A DNA stretch of 64,000 nt, taken from assembly GCA_964016885.1 (NCBI GenBank), contig OZ024740.1:27714001-27778000 (forward strand), written 5' to 3'. The position numbers and the translations under genes are program-made. Source of the stretch: Eledone cirrhosa. Taxonomy: Eukaryota. Of the stretch, positions 28,401 to 41,720 are shown one piece after another. The stretch's first letter is position 1. Each line of letters starts with the position of its first letter. The notes beneath the pieces were generated by a model. The model searched no databases. It worked only from the letters and a program-made list of their open reading frames with translations, and was not told the origin of the DNA.

Positions 28401-31400
28401 CTTGTGTCTATTGTAATCAATATTACAGTTGGTAACATATTAGTAAGAGCAATACCTTGTGTCTAATGTAATCAATATTACAGTTGGTAACATATTAGTA
28501 AGAGCAATACCTTGTGTCTATTGTAATCAATATTACAGTTGGTAAAATATTAGTAAGAGCAATACGTTGTGTCTATTGTAATCAATATTACAGTTGGTAA
28601 CATATTAGTAAGAGCAATACCTTGTGTCTATTGTAATCAATATTACAGTTGGTAACATATTAGTAAGAGCAATACCTTGAGTCTAATGTAATCAATATTA
28701 CAGTTGGTAACATATTAGTAAGAGCAATACCTTGTGTCTATTGTAATCAATATTACAGTTGGTAACATATTAGTAAGAACAATACCTCGTGTCTATTGTA
28801 ATCAATATTACAGTTGGTAACATATTAGTAAGAGCAATACCTTGTGTCTATTGTAATCAATATTACAGTTGGTAACATATTAGTAAGAGCAATACCTCGT
28901 GTCTAATGTAATCAATATCACAGTTGGTAACATATTAGTAAGAGCAATACCTCCTTGTGTCTATGGTAATCAATATTAAGGTTGGTAACATATAAGTAAG
29001 AGCAATACCTTGTGTCTATTGTAATCAATATTACAGGTGGTAGCATATTAGTAAAAGCAATACCTTGTGTCTATTGTAATCAATATCACAGTTGGTAACA
29101 TATTAGTAAGAGCAATACCTTGTGTCTATTGTAATCAATATTACAGTTGGTAGCATATTAGTAAAAGCAATACCTTGTGTCTATTGTAATCAATATTACA
29201 GTTGGTAAAATATTAGTAAGAGCAATACGTTGTGTCTATTGTAATCAATATTACAGTTGGTAACATATTAGTAAGAGCAATACCTTGTGTCTATTGTAAT
29301 CAATATTACAGTTGGTAACATATTAGTAAGAGCAATACCTTGTGTCTATTGTAATCAATATTACAGTTGGTAAAATATTAGTAAGAGCAATACGTTGTGT
29401 CTATTGTAATCAATATTACAGTTGGTAACATATTAGTAAGAGCAATACCTTGTGTCTATTGTAATCAATATTACAGTTGGTAACATATTAGTAAGAGCAA
29501 TACCTTGAGTCTAATGTAATCAATATTACAGTTGGTAACATATTAGTAAGAGCAATACCTTGTGTCTATTGTAATCAATATTACAGTTGGTAACATATTA
29601 GTAAGAACAATACCTCGTGTCTATTGTAATCAATATTACAGTTGGTAACATATTAGTAAGAGCAATACCTTGTGTCTATTGTAATCAATATTACAGTTGG
29701 TAACATATTAGTAAGAGCAATACCTCGTGTCTAATGTAATCAATATCACAGTTGGTAACATATTAGTAAGAGCAATACCTCCTTGTGTCTATGGTAATCA
29801 ATATTAAGGTTGGTAACATATAAGTAAGAGCAATACCTTGTGTCTATTGTAATCAATATTACAGGTGGTAGCATATTAGTAAAAGCAATACCTTGTGTCT
29901 ATTGTAATCAATATCACAGTTGGTAACATATTAGTAAGAGCAATACCTTGTGTCTAATGTAATCAATATTACAGTTGGTAACATATTAGTAAGAGCAATA
30001 CCTTGTGTCTATTGTAATCAATATTACAGTTGGTAAAATATTAGTAAGAGCAATACGTTGTGTCTATTGTAATCAATATTACAGTTGGTAACATATTAGT
30101 AAGAGCAATACCTTGTGTCTATTGTAATCAATATTACAGTTGGTAACATATTAGTAAGAGCAATACCTTGAGTCTAATGTAATCAATATTACAGTTGGTA
30201 ACATATTAGTAAGAGCAATACCTTGTGTCTATTGTAATCAATATTACAGTTGGTAACATATTAGTAAGAACAATACCTCGTGTCTATTGTAATCAATATT
30301 ACAGTTGGTAACATATTAGTAAGAGCAATACCTTGTGTCTATTGTAATCAATATTACAGTTGGTAACATATTAGTAAGAGCAATACCTCGTGTCTAATGT
30401 AATCAATATCACAGTTGGTAACATATTAGTAAGAGCAATACCTCCTTGTGTCTATGGTAATCAATATTAAGGTTGGTAACATATAAGTAAGAGCAATACC
30501 TTGTGTCTATTGTAATCAATATTACAGGTGGTAGCATATTAGTAAAAGCAATACCTTGTGTCTATTGTAATCAATATCACAGTTGGTAACATATTAGTAA
30601 GAGCAATACCTTGTGTCTATTGTAATCAATATTACAGTTGGTAGCATATTAGTAAAAGCAATACCTTGTGTCTATTGTAATCAATATTACAGTTGGTAAC
30701 ATATTAGTAAGAGCAATACCTTCTGTCTATTGTAATCAATATTACAGTTGGTAACATATTAGTAAGAGCAATATCTTGTGTCTATTGTAATCAATATTAC
30801 AGTTGGTAACATATTAGTAAGAGCAATACCTTGTGTCTATTGTAATCAATATTACAGGTGGTAGCATATTAGTAAAAGCAATACCTTGTGTCTATTGTAA
30901 TCAATATTACAGTTGGTAACATATTAGTAAGAGCAATACCTTGTGTCTATTGTAATCAATATTACAGTTGGTAACATATTAGTAAGAGCAATACCTTGAG
31001 TCTAATGTAATCAATATTACAGTTGGTAACATATTAGTAAGAGCAATACCTTGTGTCTATTGTAATCAATATTACAGTTGGTAACATATTAGTAAGAACA
31101 ATACCTCGTGTCTATTGTAATCAATATTACAGTTGGTAACATATTAGTAAGAGCAATACCTTGTGTCTATTGTAATCAATATTACAGTTGGTAACATATT
31201 AGTAAGAGCAATACCTCGTGTCTAATGTAATCAATATCACAGTTGGTAACATATTAGTAAGAGCAATACCTCCTTGTGTCTATGGTAATCAATATTAAGG
31301 TTGGTAACATATAAGTAAGAGCAATACCTTGTGTCTATTGTAATCAATATTACAGGTGGTAGCATATTAGTAAAAGCAATACCTTGTGTCTATTGTAATC

Positions 31401-34400
31401 AATATCACAGTTGGTAACATATTAGTAAGAGCAATACCTTGTGTCTATTGTAATCAATATTACAGTTGGTAGCATATTAGTAAAAGCAATACCTTGTGTC
31501 TATTGTAATCAATATTACAGTTGGTAACATATTAGTAAGAGCAATACCTTGTGTCTATTGTAATCAATATTACAGTTGGTAACATATTAGTAAGAGCAAT
31601 ATCTTGTGTCTATTGTAATCAATATTACAGTTGGTAACATATTAGTAAGAGCAATACCTTGTGTCTATTGTAATCAATATTACAGGTGGTAGCATATTAG
31701 TAAAAGCAATACCTTGTGTCTATTGTAATCAATATTACAGTTGGTAACATATTAGTAAGAGCAATACCTTGTGTCTATTGTAATCAATATTACAGTTGGT
31801 AACATATTAGTAAGAGCAATACCTTGTGTCTATTGTAATCAATATTACAGTTGGTAACATATTAGTAAGAGCAATACCTTGTGTCTAATGTAATCAATAT
31901 TACAGTTGGTAACATATTAGTAAGAGCAATATCTTGTGTCTATTGTAATCAATATTACAGTTGGTAACATATTAGTAAGAGCAATACCTTGTGTCTATTG
32001 TAATCAATATTACAGGTGGTAGCATATTAGTAAAAGCAATACCTTGTGTCTATTGTAATCAATATTACAGTTGGTAACATATTAGTAAGAGCAATACCTT
32101 GTGTCTATTGTAATCAATATTACAGTTGGTAACATATTAGTAAGAGCAATACCTTGTGTCTATTGTAATCAATATTACAGTTGGTAACATATTAGTAAGA
32201 GCAATACCTTGTGTCTAATGTAATCAATATTACAGTTGGTAACATATTAGTAAGAGCAATACCTTGTGTCTATTGTAATCAATATTACAGTTGGTAAAAT
32301 ATTAGTAAGAGCAATACGTTGTGTCTATTGTAATCAATATTACAGTTGGTAACATATTAGTAAGAGCAATACCTTGTGTCTATTGTAATCAATATTACAG
32401 TTGGTAACATATTAGTAAGAGCAATACCTTGAGTCTAATGTAATCAATATTACAGTTGGTAACATATTAGTAAGAGCAATACCTTGTGTCTATTGTAATC
32501 AATATTACAGTTGGTAACATATTAGTAAGAACAATACCTCGTGTCTATTGTAATCAATATTACAGTTGGTAACATATTAGTAAGAGCAATACCTTGTGTC
32601 TATTGTAATCAATATTACAGTTGGTAACATATTAGTAAGAGCAATACCTCGTGTCTAATGTAATCAATATCACAGTTGGTAACATATTAGTAAGAGCAAT
32701 ACCTCCTTGTGTCTATGGTAATCAATATTAAGGTTGGTAACATATAAGTAAGAGCAATACCTTGTGTCTATTGTAATCAATATTACAGGTGGTAGCATAT
32801 TAGTAAAAGCAATACCTTGTGTCTATTGTAATCAATATCACAGTTGGTAACATATTAGTAAGAGCAATACCTTGTGTCTATTGTAATCAATATTACAGTT
32901 GGTAGCATATTAGTAAAAGCAATACCTTGTGTCTATTGTAATCAATATTACAGTTGGTAACATATTAGTAAGAGCAATACCTTCTGTCTATTGTAATCAA
33001 TATTACAGTTGGTAACATATTAGTAAGAGCAATATCTTGTGTCTATTGTAATCAATATTACAGTTGGTAACATATTAGTAAGAGCAATACCTTGTGTCTA
33101 TTGTAATCAATATTACAGGTGGTAGCATATTAGTAAAAGCAATACCTTGTGTCTATTGTAATCAATATTACAGTTGGTAACATATTAGTAAGAGCAATAC
33201 CTTGTGTCTATTGTAATCAATATTACAGTTGGTAACATATTAGTAAGAGCAATACCTTGTGTCTATTGTAATCAATATTACAGTTGGTAACATATTAGTA
33301 AGAGCAATACCTTGTGTCTAATGTAATCAATATTACAGTTGGTAACATATTAGTAAGAGCAATACCTTGTGTCTATTGTAATCAATATTACAGTTGGTAA
33401 CATATTAGTAAGAACAATACCTCGTGTCTATTGTAATCAATATTACAGTTGGTAACATATTAGTAAGAGCAATACCTTGTGTCTATTGTAATCAATATTA
33501 CAGTTGGTAACATATTAGTAAGAGCAATACCTCGTGTCTAATGTAATCAATATCACAGTTGGTAACATATTAGTAAGAGCAATACCTCCTTGTGTCTATG
33601 GTAATCAATATTAAGGTTGGTAACATATTAGTAAGAGCAATACCTTGTGTCTATTGTAATCAATATTACAGTTGGTAACACATTAGTAAGAGCAATACCT
33701 TGTGTCTAATGTAATCAATATTACAGTTGGTAACATATTAGTAAGAGCAATACTTTGTGTCTATTGTAATCAATATTACAGTTGGTAACATATTAGTAAG
33801 AGCAATACCTTGTGTCTATTGTAATCAATATTACAGTTGGTAACATATTAGTAAGAGCAATACCTTGTGTCTATTGTAATCAATATTACAGTTTGTAACA
33901 TATTAGTAAGAGCAATATCTTGTGTCTATTGTAATCAATATTAGAGTTGGTAACATATTAGTAAGAGCAATACCTTGTGTCTATTGTAATCAATATTACA
34001 GGTGGTAGCATATTAGTAAAAGCAATACCTTGTGTCTATTGTAATCAATATTACAGTTGGTAAAATATTAGTAAGAGCAATACCTTGTGTCTATTGTAAT
34101 CAATATTACAGTTGGTAACATATTAGTAAGAGCAATACCTTGTGTCTATTGTAATCAATATTACAGTTGGTAACATATTAGTAAGAGCAATACCTTGAGT
34201 CTAATGTAATCAATATTACAGTTGGTAACATATTAGTAAGAGCAATACCTTGTGTCTATTGTAATCAATATTACAGTTGGTAACATATTAGTAAGAACAA
34301 TACCTCGTGTCTATTGTAATCAATATTACAGTTGGTAACATATTAGTAAGAGCAATACCTTGTGTCTATTGTAATCAATATTACAGTTGGTAACATATTA

Positions 34401-37324
34401 GTAAGAGCAATACCTCGTGTCTAATGTAATCAATATCACAGTTGGTAACATATTAGTAAGAGCAATACCTCCTTGTGTCTATGGTAATCAATATTAAGGT
34501 TGGTAACATATAAGTAAGAGCAATTCCTTGTGTCTATTGTAATCAATATTACAGGTGGTAGCATATTAGTAAGAGCAATACCTTGTGTCTATTGTAATCA
34601 ATATCACAGTTGGTAACATATTAGTAAGAGCAATACCTTGTGCCTATTGTAATCAATATTACAGGTGGTAGCATATTAGTAAAAGCAATACCTTGTGTCT
34701 ATTGTAATCAATATTACAGTTGGTAACATATTAGTAAGAGCAATACCTTGTGTCTATTGTAATCAATATTACAGTTGGTAACATATTAGTAAGAGCAATA
34801 CCTTGTGTCTATTGTAATCAATATTACAGTTGGTAACATATTAGTAAGAGCAATACCTTGTGTCTATTGTAATCAATATTACAGTTGGTAACATATTAGT
34901 AAGAGCAATACCTTGTGTCTAATGTAATCAATATTACAGTTGGTAACATATTAGTAAGAGCAATACTTTGTGTCTATTGTAATCAATATTACAGTTGGTA
35001 ACATATTAGTAAGAGCAATACCTTGTGTCTATTGTAATCAATATCACAGTTGGTAACATATTAGTAAGAGCAATACCTCCTTGTGTCTATGGTAATCAAT
35101 ATTAAGGTTGGTAACATATAAGTAAGAGCAATACCTTGTGTCTATTGTAATCAATATTACAGGTAGTAGCATATTAGTAAAAGCAATACCTTGTGTCTAT
35201 TGTAATCAATATCACAGTTGGTAAGATATTAGTAAGAGCAATACCTTGTGTCTATTGTAATCAATATTACAGTTGGTAGCATATTAGTAAAAGCAATACC
35301 TTGTGTCTATTGTAATCAATATTACAGTTGGTAACATATTAGTAAGAGCAATACCTTGTGTCTATTGTAATCAATATTACAGTTGGTAACATATTAGTAA
35401 GAGCAATATCTTGTGTCTATTGTAATCAATATTACAGTTGGTAACATATTAGTAAGAGCAATACCTTGTGTCTATTGTAATCAATATTACAGGTGGTAGC
35501 ATATTAGTAAAAGCAATACCTTGTGTCTATTGTAATCAATATTACAGTTGGTAACATATTAGTAAGAGCAATACCTTGTGTCTATTGTAATCAATATTAC
35601 AGTTGGTAACATATTAGTAAGAGCAATACCTTGTGTCTATTGTAATCAATATTACAGTTGGTAACATATTAGTAAGAGCAATACCTTGTGTCTAATTTAA
35701 TCAATATTACAGTTGGTAACATATTAGTAAGAGCAATACTTTGTGTCTATTGTAATCAATATTACAGTTGGTAACATATTAGTAAGAACAATACCTCGTG
35801 TCTATTGTAATCAATATTACAGTTGGTAACATATTAGTAAGAGCAATACCTTGTGTCTATTGTAATCAATATTACAGTTGGTAACATATTAGTAAGAGCA
35901 ATACCTCGTGTCTAATGTAATCAATATCACAGTTGGTAACATATTAGTAAGAGCAATACCTCCTTGTGTCTATGGTAATCAATATTAAGGTTGGTAACAT
36001 ATTAGTAAGAGCAATACCTTGTGTCTATTGTAATCAATATTACAGTTGGTAACACATTAGTAAGAGCAATACCTTGTGTCTAATGTAATCAATATTACAG
36101 TTGGTAACATATTAGTAAGAGCAATACTTTGTGTCTATTGTAATCAATATTACAGTTGGTAACATATTAGTAAGAGCAATACCTTGTGTCTATTGTAATC
36201 AATATTACAGTTGATAACATATTAGTAAGAGCAATACCTTGTGTCTATTGTAATCAATATTACAGTTTGTAACATATTAGTAAGAGCAATATCTTGTGTC
36301 TATTGTAATCAATATTAGAGTTGGTAACAAATTAGTAAGAGCAATACCTTGTGTCTATTGTAATCAATATTACAGGTGGTAGCATATTAGTAAAAGCAAT
36401 ACCTTGTGTCTATTGTAATCAATATTACAGTTGGTAAAATATTAGTAAGAGCAATACCTTGTGTCTATTGTAATCAATATTACAGTTGGTAACATATTAG
36501 TAAGAGCAATACCTTGTGTCTATTGTAATCAATATTACAGTTGGTAACATATTAGTAAGAGCAATACCTTGAGTCTAATGTAATCAATATTACAGTTGGT
36601 AACATATTAGTAAGAGCAATACCTTGTGTCTATTGTAATCAATATTACAGTTGGTAACATATTAGTAAGAACAATACCTCGTGTCTATTGTAATCAATAT
36701 TACAGTTGGTAACATATTAGTAAGAGCAATACCTTGTGTCTATTGTAATCAATATTACAGTTGGTAACATATTAGTAAGAGCAATACCTCGTGTCTAATG
36801 TAATCAATATCACAGTTGGTAACATATTAGTAAGAGCAATACCTCCTTGTGTCTATGGTAATCAATATTAAGGTTGGTAACATATAAGTAAGAGCAATTC
36901 CTTGTGTCTATTGTAATCAATATTACAGGTGGTAGCATATTAGTAAAAGCAATACCTTGTGTCTATTGTAATCAATATCACAGTTGGTAACATATTAGTA
37001 AGAGCAATACCTTGTGCCTATTGTAATCAATATTACAGGTGGTAGCATATTAGTAAAAGCAATACCTTGTGTCTATTGTAATCAATATTACAGTTGGTAA
37101 CATATTAGTAAGAGCAATACCTTGTGTCTATTGTAATCAATATTACAGTTGGTAACATATTAGTAAGAGCAATACCTTGTGTCTATTGTAATCAATATTA
37201 CAGTTGGTAACATATTAGTAAGAGCAATACCTTGTGTCTATTGTAATCAATATTACAGTTGGTAACATATTAGTAAGAGCAATACCTTGTGTCTAATGTA
37301 ATCAATATTACAGTTGGTAACATA

Positions 37325-40300
37325 TTAGTAAGAGCAATACTTTGTGTCTATTGTAATCAATATTACAGTTGGTAACATATTAGTAAGAGCAATACCTTGT
37401 GTCTATTGTAATCAATATCACAGTTGGTAACATATTAGTAAGAGCAATACCTTGTGTCTATTGTAATCAATATCACAGTTGGTAACATATTAGTAAGAGC
37501 AATACCTTGTGTCTATTGTAATCAATATTACAGGTGGTAGCATATTAGTAAAAGCAATACCTTGTGTCTATTGTAATCAATATTACAGTTGGTAAAATAT
37601 TAGTAAGAGCAATACCTTGTGTCTATTGTAATCAATATTACAGTTGGTAACATATTAGTAAGAGCAATACCTTGTGTCTATTGTAATCAATATTACAGTT
37701 GGTAACATATTAGTAAGAGCAATACCTTGTGTCTATTGTAACCAATATTACAGTTGGTAACATATTAGTAAGAGCAATACCTTGTGTCTAATGTAATCAA
37801 TATTACAGTTGGTAACATATTAGTAAGAGCAATACCTTGTGTCTATTGTAATCAATATTACAGTTGGTAACATATTAGTAAGAACAATACCTCGTGTCTA
37901 TTGTAATCAATATTACAGTTGGTAACATATTAGTAAGAACAATACCTTGCGTCTATTGTAATCAATATTACAGTTGGTAACATATTAGTAAGAGCAATAC
38001 CTTGTGTCTATTGTAATCAATATTACAGTTGGTAACATATTAGTAAGAGCAATACCTTGTGTCTATTGTAATCAATATTACAGTTTGTAACATATTAGTA
38101 AGAGCAATATCTTGTGTCTATTGTAATCAATATTAGAGTTGGTAACATATTAGTAAGAGCAATACCTTGTGTCTATTGTAATCAATATTACAGGTGGTAG
38201 CATATTAGTAAAAGCAATACCTTGTGTCTATTGTAATCAATATTACAGTTCGTAAAATATTAGTAAGAGCAATACCTTGTGTCTATTGTAATCAATATTA
38301 CAGTTGGTAACAGATTAGTAAGAGCAATACCTTGTGTCTATGGTAATCAATATTACAGTTGGTAACATATTAGTAAGAGCAATACCTTGAGTCTAATGTA
38401 ATCAATATTACAGTTGGTAACATATTAGTAAGAGCAATACCTTGTGTCTATTGTAATCAATATTACAGTTGGTAACATATTAGTAAGAGCAATACCTTTT
38501 GTCTATTGTAATCAATATTACAGTTGGTAACATATTAGTAAGAGCAATACCTCGTGTCTAATGTAATCAATATCACAGTTGGTAACATATTAGTAAGAGC
38601 AATACCTCCTTGTGTCTATGGTAATCAATATTACAGGTGGTAGCATATTAGTAAAAGCAATACCTTGTGTCTATTGTAATCAATATCACAGTTGGTAACA
38701 TATTAGTAAGAGCAATACCTTGTGTCTATTGTAATCAATATTACAGGTGGTAGCATATTAGTAAAAGCAATACCTTGTGTCTATTGTAATCAATATTACA
38801 GTTGGTAACATATTAGTAAGAGCAATACCTTGTGTCTATTGTAATCAATATTACAGTTGGTAACATATTAGTAAGAGCAATACCTTGTGTCTATTGTAAT
38901 CAATATTACAGTTGGTAACATATTAGCAAGAGCAATACCTTGTGTCTATTGTAATCAATATTAGAGTTGGTAACATATTAGTAAGAACAATACCTTGTGT
39001 CTATTGTAATCAATATTACAGTTGGTAACATATTAGTAAGAGCAATACTTTGTGTCTATTGTAATCAATATTACAGTTGGTAACATATTAGTAAGAGCAA
39101 TACCTTGTGTCTATTGTAATCAATATCACAGTTGGTAACATATTAGTAAGAGCAATACCTTGTGTCTATTGTAATCAATATCACAATTGGTAACATATTA
39201 GTAAGAGCAATACCTTGTGTCTATTGTAATCAATATTACAGTTGGTAACATATTAGTAAAAGCAATACCTTGTGTCTAATGTAATCAATATTACAGTTGG
39301 TAACATATTAGTAAGAGCAATACCTTGTGTCTATTGTAATCAATATTACAGTTGGTAACATATTAGTAAGAACAATACCTTGTGTCTAATGTAATCAATA
39401 TTACAGTTGGTAACATATTAGTAAGAGCAATACCTTGTGTCTATTGTAATCAATATTACAGTTGGTAACATATTAGTAAGGGCAATACCTTGTGTCTAAT
39501 GTAATCAATATTACAGTTGGTAACATATTAATAAGAACAATACCTTGCGTCTATTGTAATCAATATTACAGTTGGTAACATATTAGCAAGAGCAATACCT
39601 TGTGTCTATTGTAATCAATATTACAGTTGGTAACATATTAGTAAGAGCAATACCTTGTGTCTATTGTAATCAATATTACAGTTGGTAACATATTAGTAAG
39701 AGCAATACCTTGTGTCTATTGTAATCAATATTACAGTTGGTAACATATTAGTAAGAACAATACCTTGTGTCTATTGTAATCAATATTACAGTTGGTAACA
39801 TATTAGTAAGAGCAATACGTTGTGTCTATTGTAATCAATATTACAGTTGGTAACATATTAGTAAGAGCAATACCTTGTGTCTATTGTAATCAATATCACA
39901 GTTGGTAACATATTAGTAAGAGCAATACCTTGTGTCTATTGTAATCAATATCACAGTTGGTAACATATTAGTAAGAGCAATACCTTGTGTCTATTGTAAT
40001 CAATATTACAGTTGGTAACATATTAGTAAAAGCAATACCTTGTGTCTAATGTAATCAATATTACAGTTGGTAACATATTAGTAAGAGCAATACCTTGTGT
40101 CTATTGTAATCAATATTACAGTTGGTAACATATTAGTAAGAGCAATACCTTGTGTCTAATGTAATCAATATTACAGTTGGTAACATATTAGTAAGAGCAA
40201 TACCTTGTGTCTATTGTAATCAATATTACAGTTGGTAACATATTAGTAAGAGCAATACCTTGTGTCTAATGTAATCAATATTACAGTTGGTAACATATTA

Positions 40301-41720
40301 GTAAGAGCAATACCTTGTGCCTATTGTAATCAATATTACAGTTGGTAACATATTAGTAAGAACAATACCTCGTGTCTATTGTAATCAATATTACAGTTGG
40401 TAACATATTAGTAAGAGCAATACCTTGTGTCTATTGTAATCAATATTACAGTTGGTAACATATTAGTAAGAGCAATACCTCGTGTCTAATGTAATCAATA
40501 TCACAGTTGGTAACATATTAGTAAGAGCAATACCTCCTTGTGTCTATGGTAATCAATATTAAGGTTGGTAACATATTAGTAAGAGCAATACCTTGTGTCT
40601 ATTGTAATCAATATTACAGTTGGTAACACATTAGTAAGAGCAATACCTCGTGTCTATTGTAATCAATATTACAGTTGGTAAAATATTAGTAAGAGCAATA
40701 CGTTGTGTCTATTGTAATCAATATTACAGTTGGTAACATATTAGTAAGAGCAATACCTTGTGTCTATTGTAATCAATATTACAGTTGGTAACATATTAGT
40801 AAGAGCAATACCTTGAGTCTAATGTAATCAATATTACAGTTGGTAACATATTAGTAAGAGCAATACCTTGTGTCTATTGTAATCAATATTACAGTTGGTA
40901 ACATATTAGTAAGAACAATACCTCGTGTCTATTGTAATCAATATTACAGTTGGTAACATATTAGTAAGAGCAATACCTTGTGTCTATTGTAATCAATATT
41001 ACAGTTGGTAACATATTAGTAAGAGCAATACCTCGTGTCTAATGTAATCAATATCACAGTTGGTAACATATTAGTAAGAGCAATACCTCCTTGTGTCTAT
41101 GGTAATCAATATTAAGGTTGGTAACATATAAGTAAGAGCAATACCTTGTGTCTATTGTAATCAATATTACAGGTGGTAGCATATTAGTAAAAGCAATACC
41201 TTGTGTCTATTGTAATCAATATCACAGTTGGTAACATATTAGTAAGAGCAATACCTTGTGTCTATTGTAATCAATATTACAGTTGGTAGCATATTAGTAA
41301 AAGCAATACCTTGTGTCTATTGTAATCAATATTACAGTTGGTAACATATTAGTAAGAGCAATACCTTGTGTCTATTGTAATCAATATTACAGTTGGTAAC
41401 ATATTAGTAAGAGCAATATCTTGTGTCTATTGTAATCAATATTACAGTTGGTAACATATTAGTAAGAGCAATACCTTGTGTCTATTGTAATCAATATTAC
41501 AGGTGGTAGCATATTAGTAAAAGCAATACCTTGTGTCTATTGTAATCAATATTACAGTTGGTAACATATTAGTAAGAGCAATACCTTGTGTCTATTGTAA
41601 TCAATATTACAGTTGGTAACATATTAGTAAGAGCAATACCTTGTGTCTATTGTAATCAATATTACAGTTGGTAACATATTAGTAAGAGCAATACCTTGTG
41701 TCTAATGTAATCAATATTAC
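37325..41720. repeat. Non-adjacent ~4.4 kb copy of ~23700-28150; boundaries approximate
   Basis: GTAACCAATA 24114/37738 (offset 13624). After loss of one monomer the offset is 13569: TCACAATTG 25612/39181, variant C of GTGCCTATT 26751/40320, landmarks 25037/38606, 26965/40534, 27518/41087. Confidence 0.85.
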
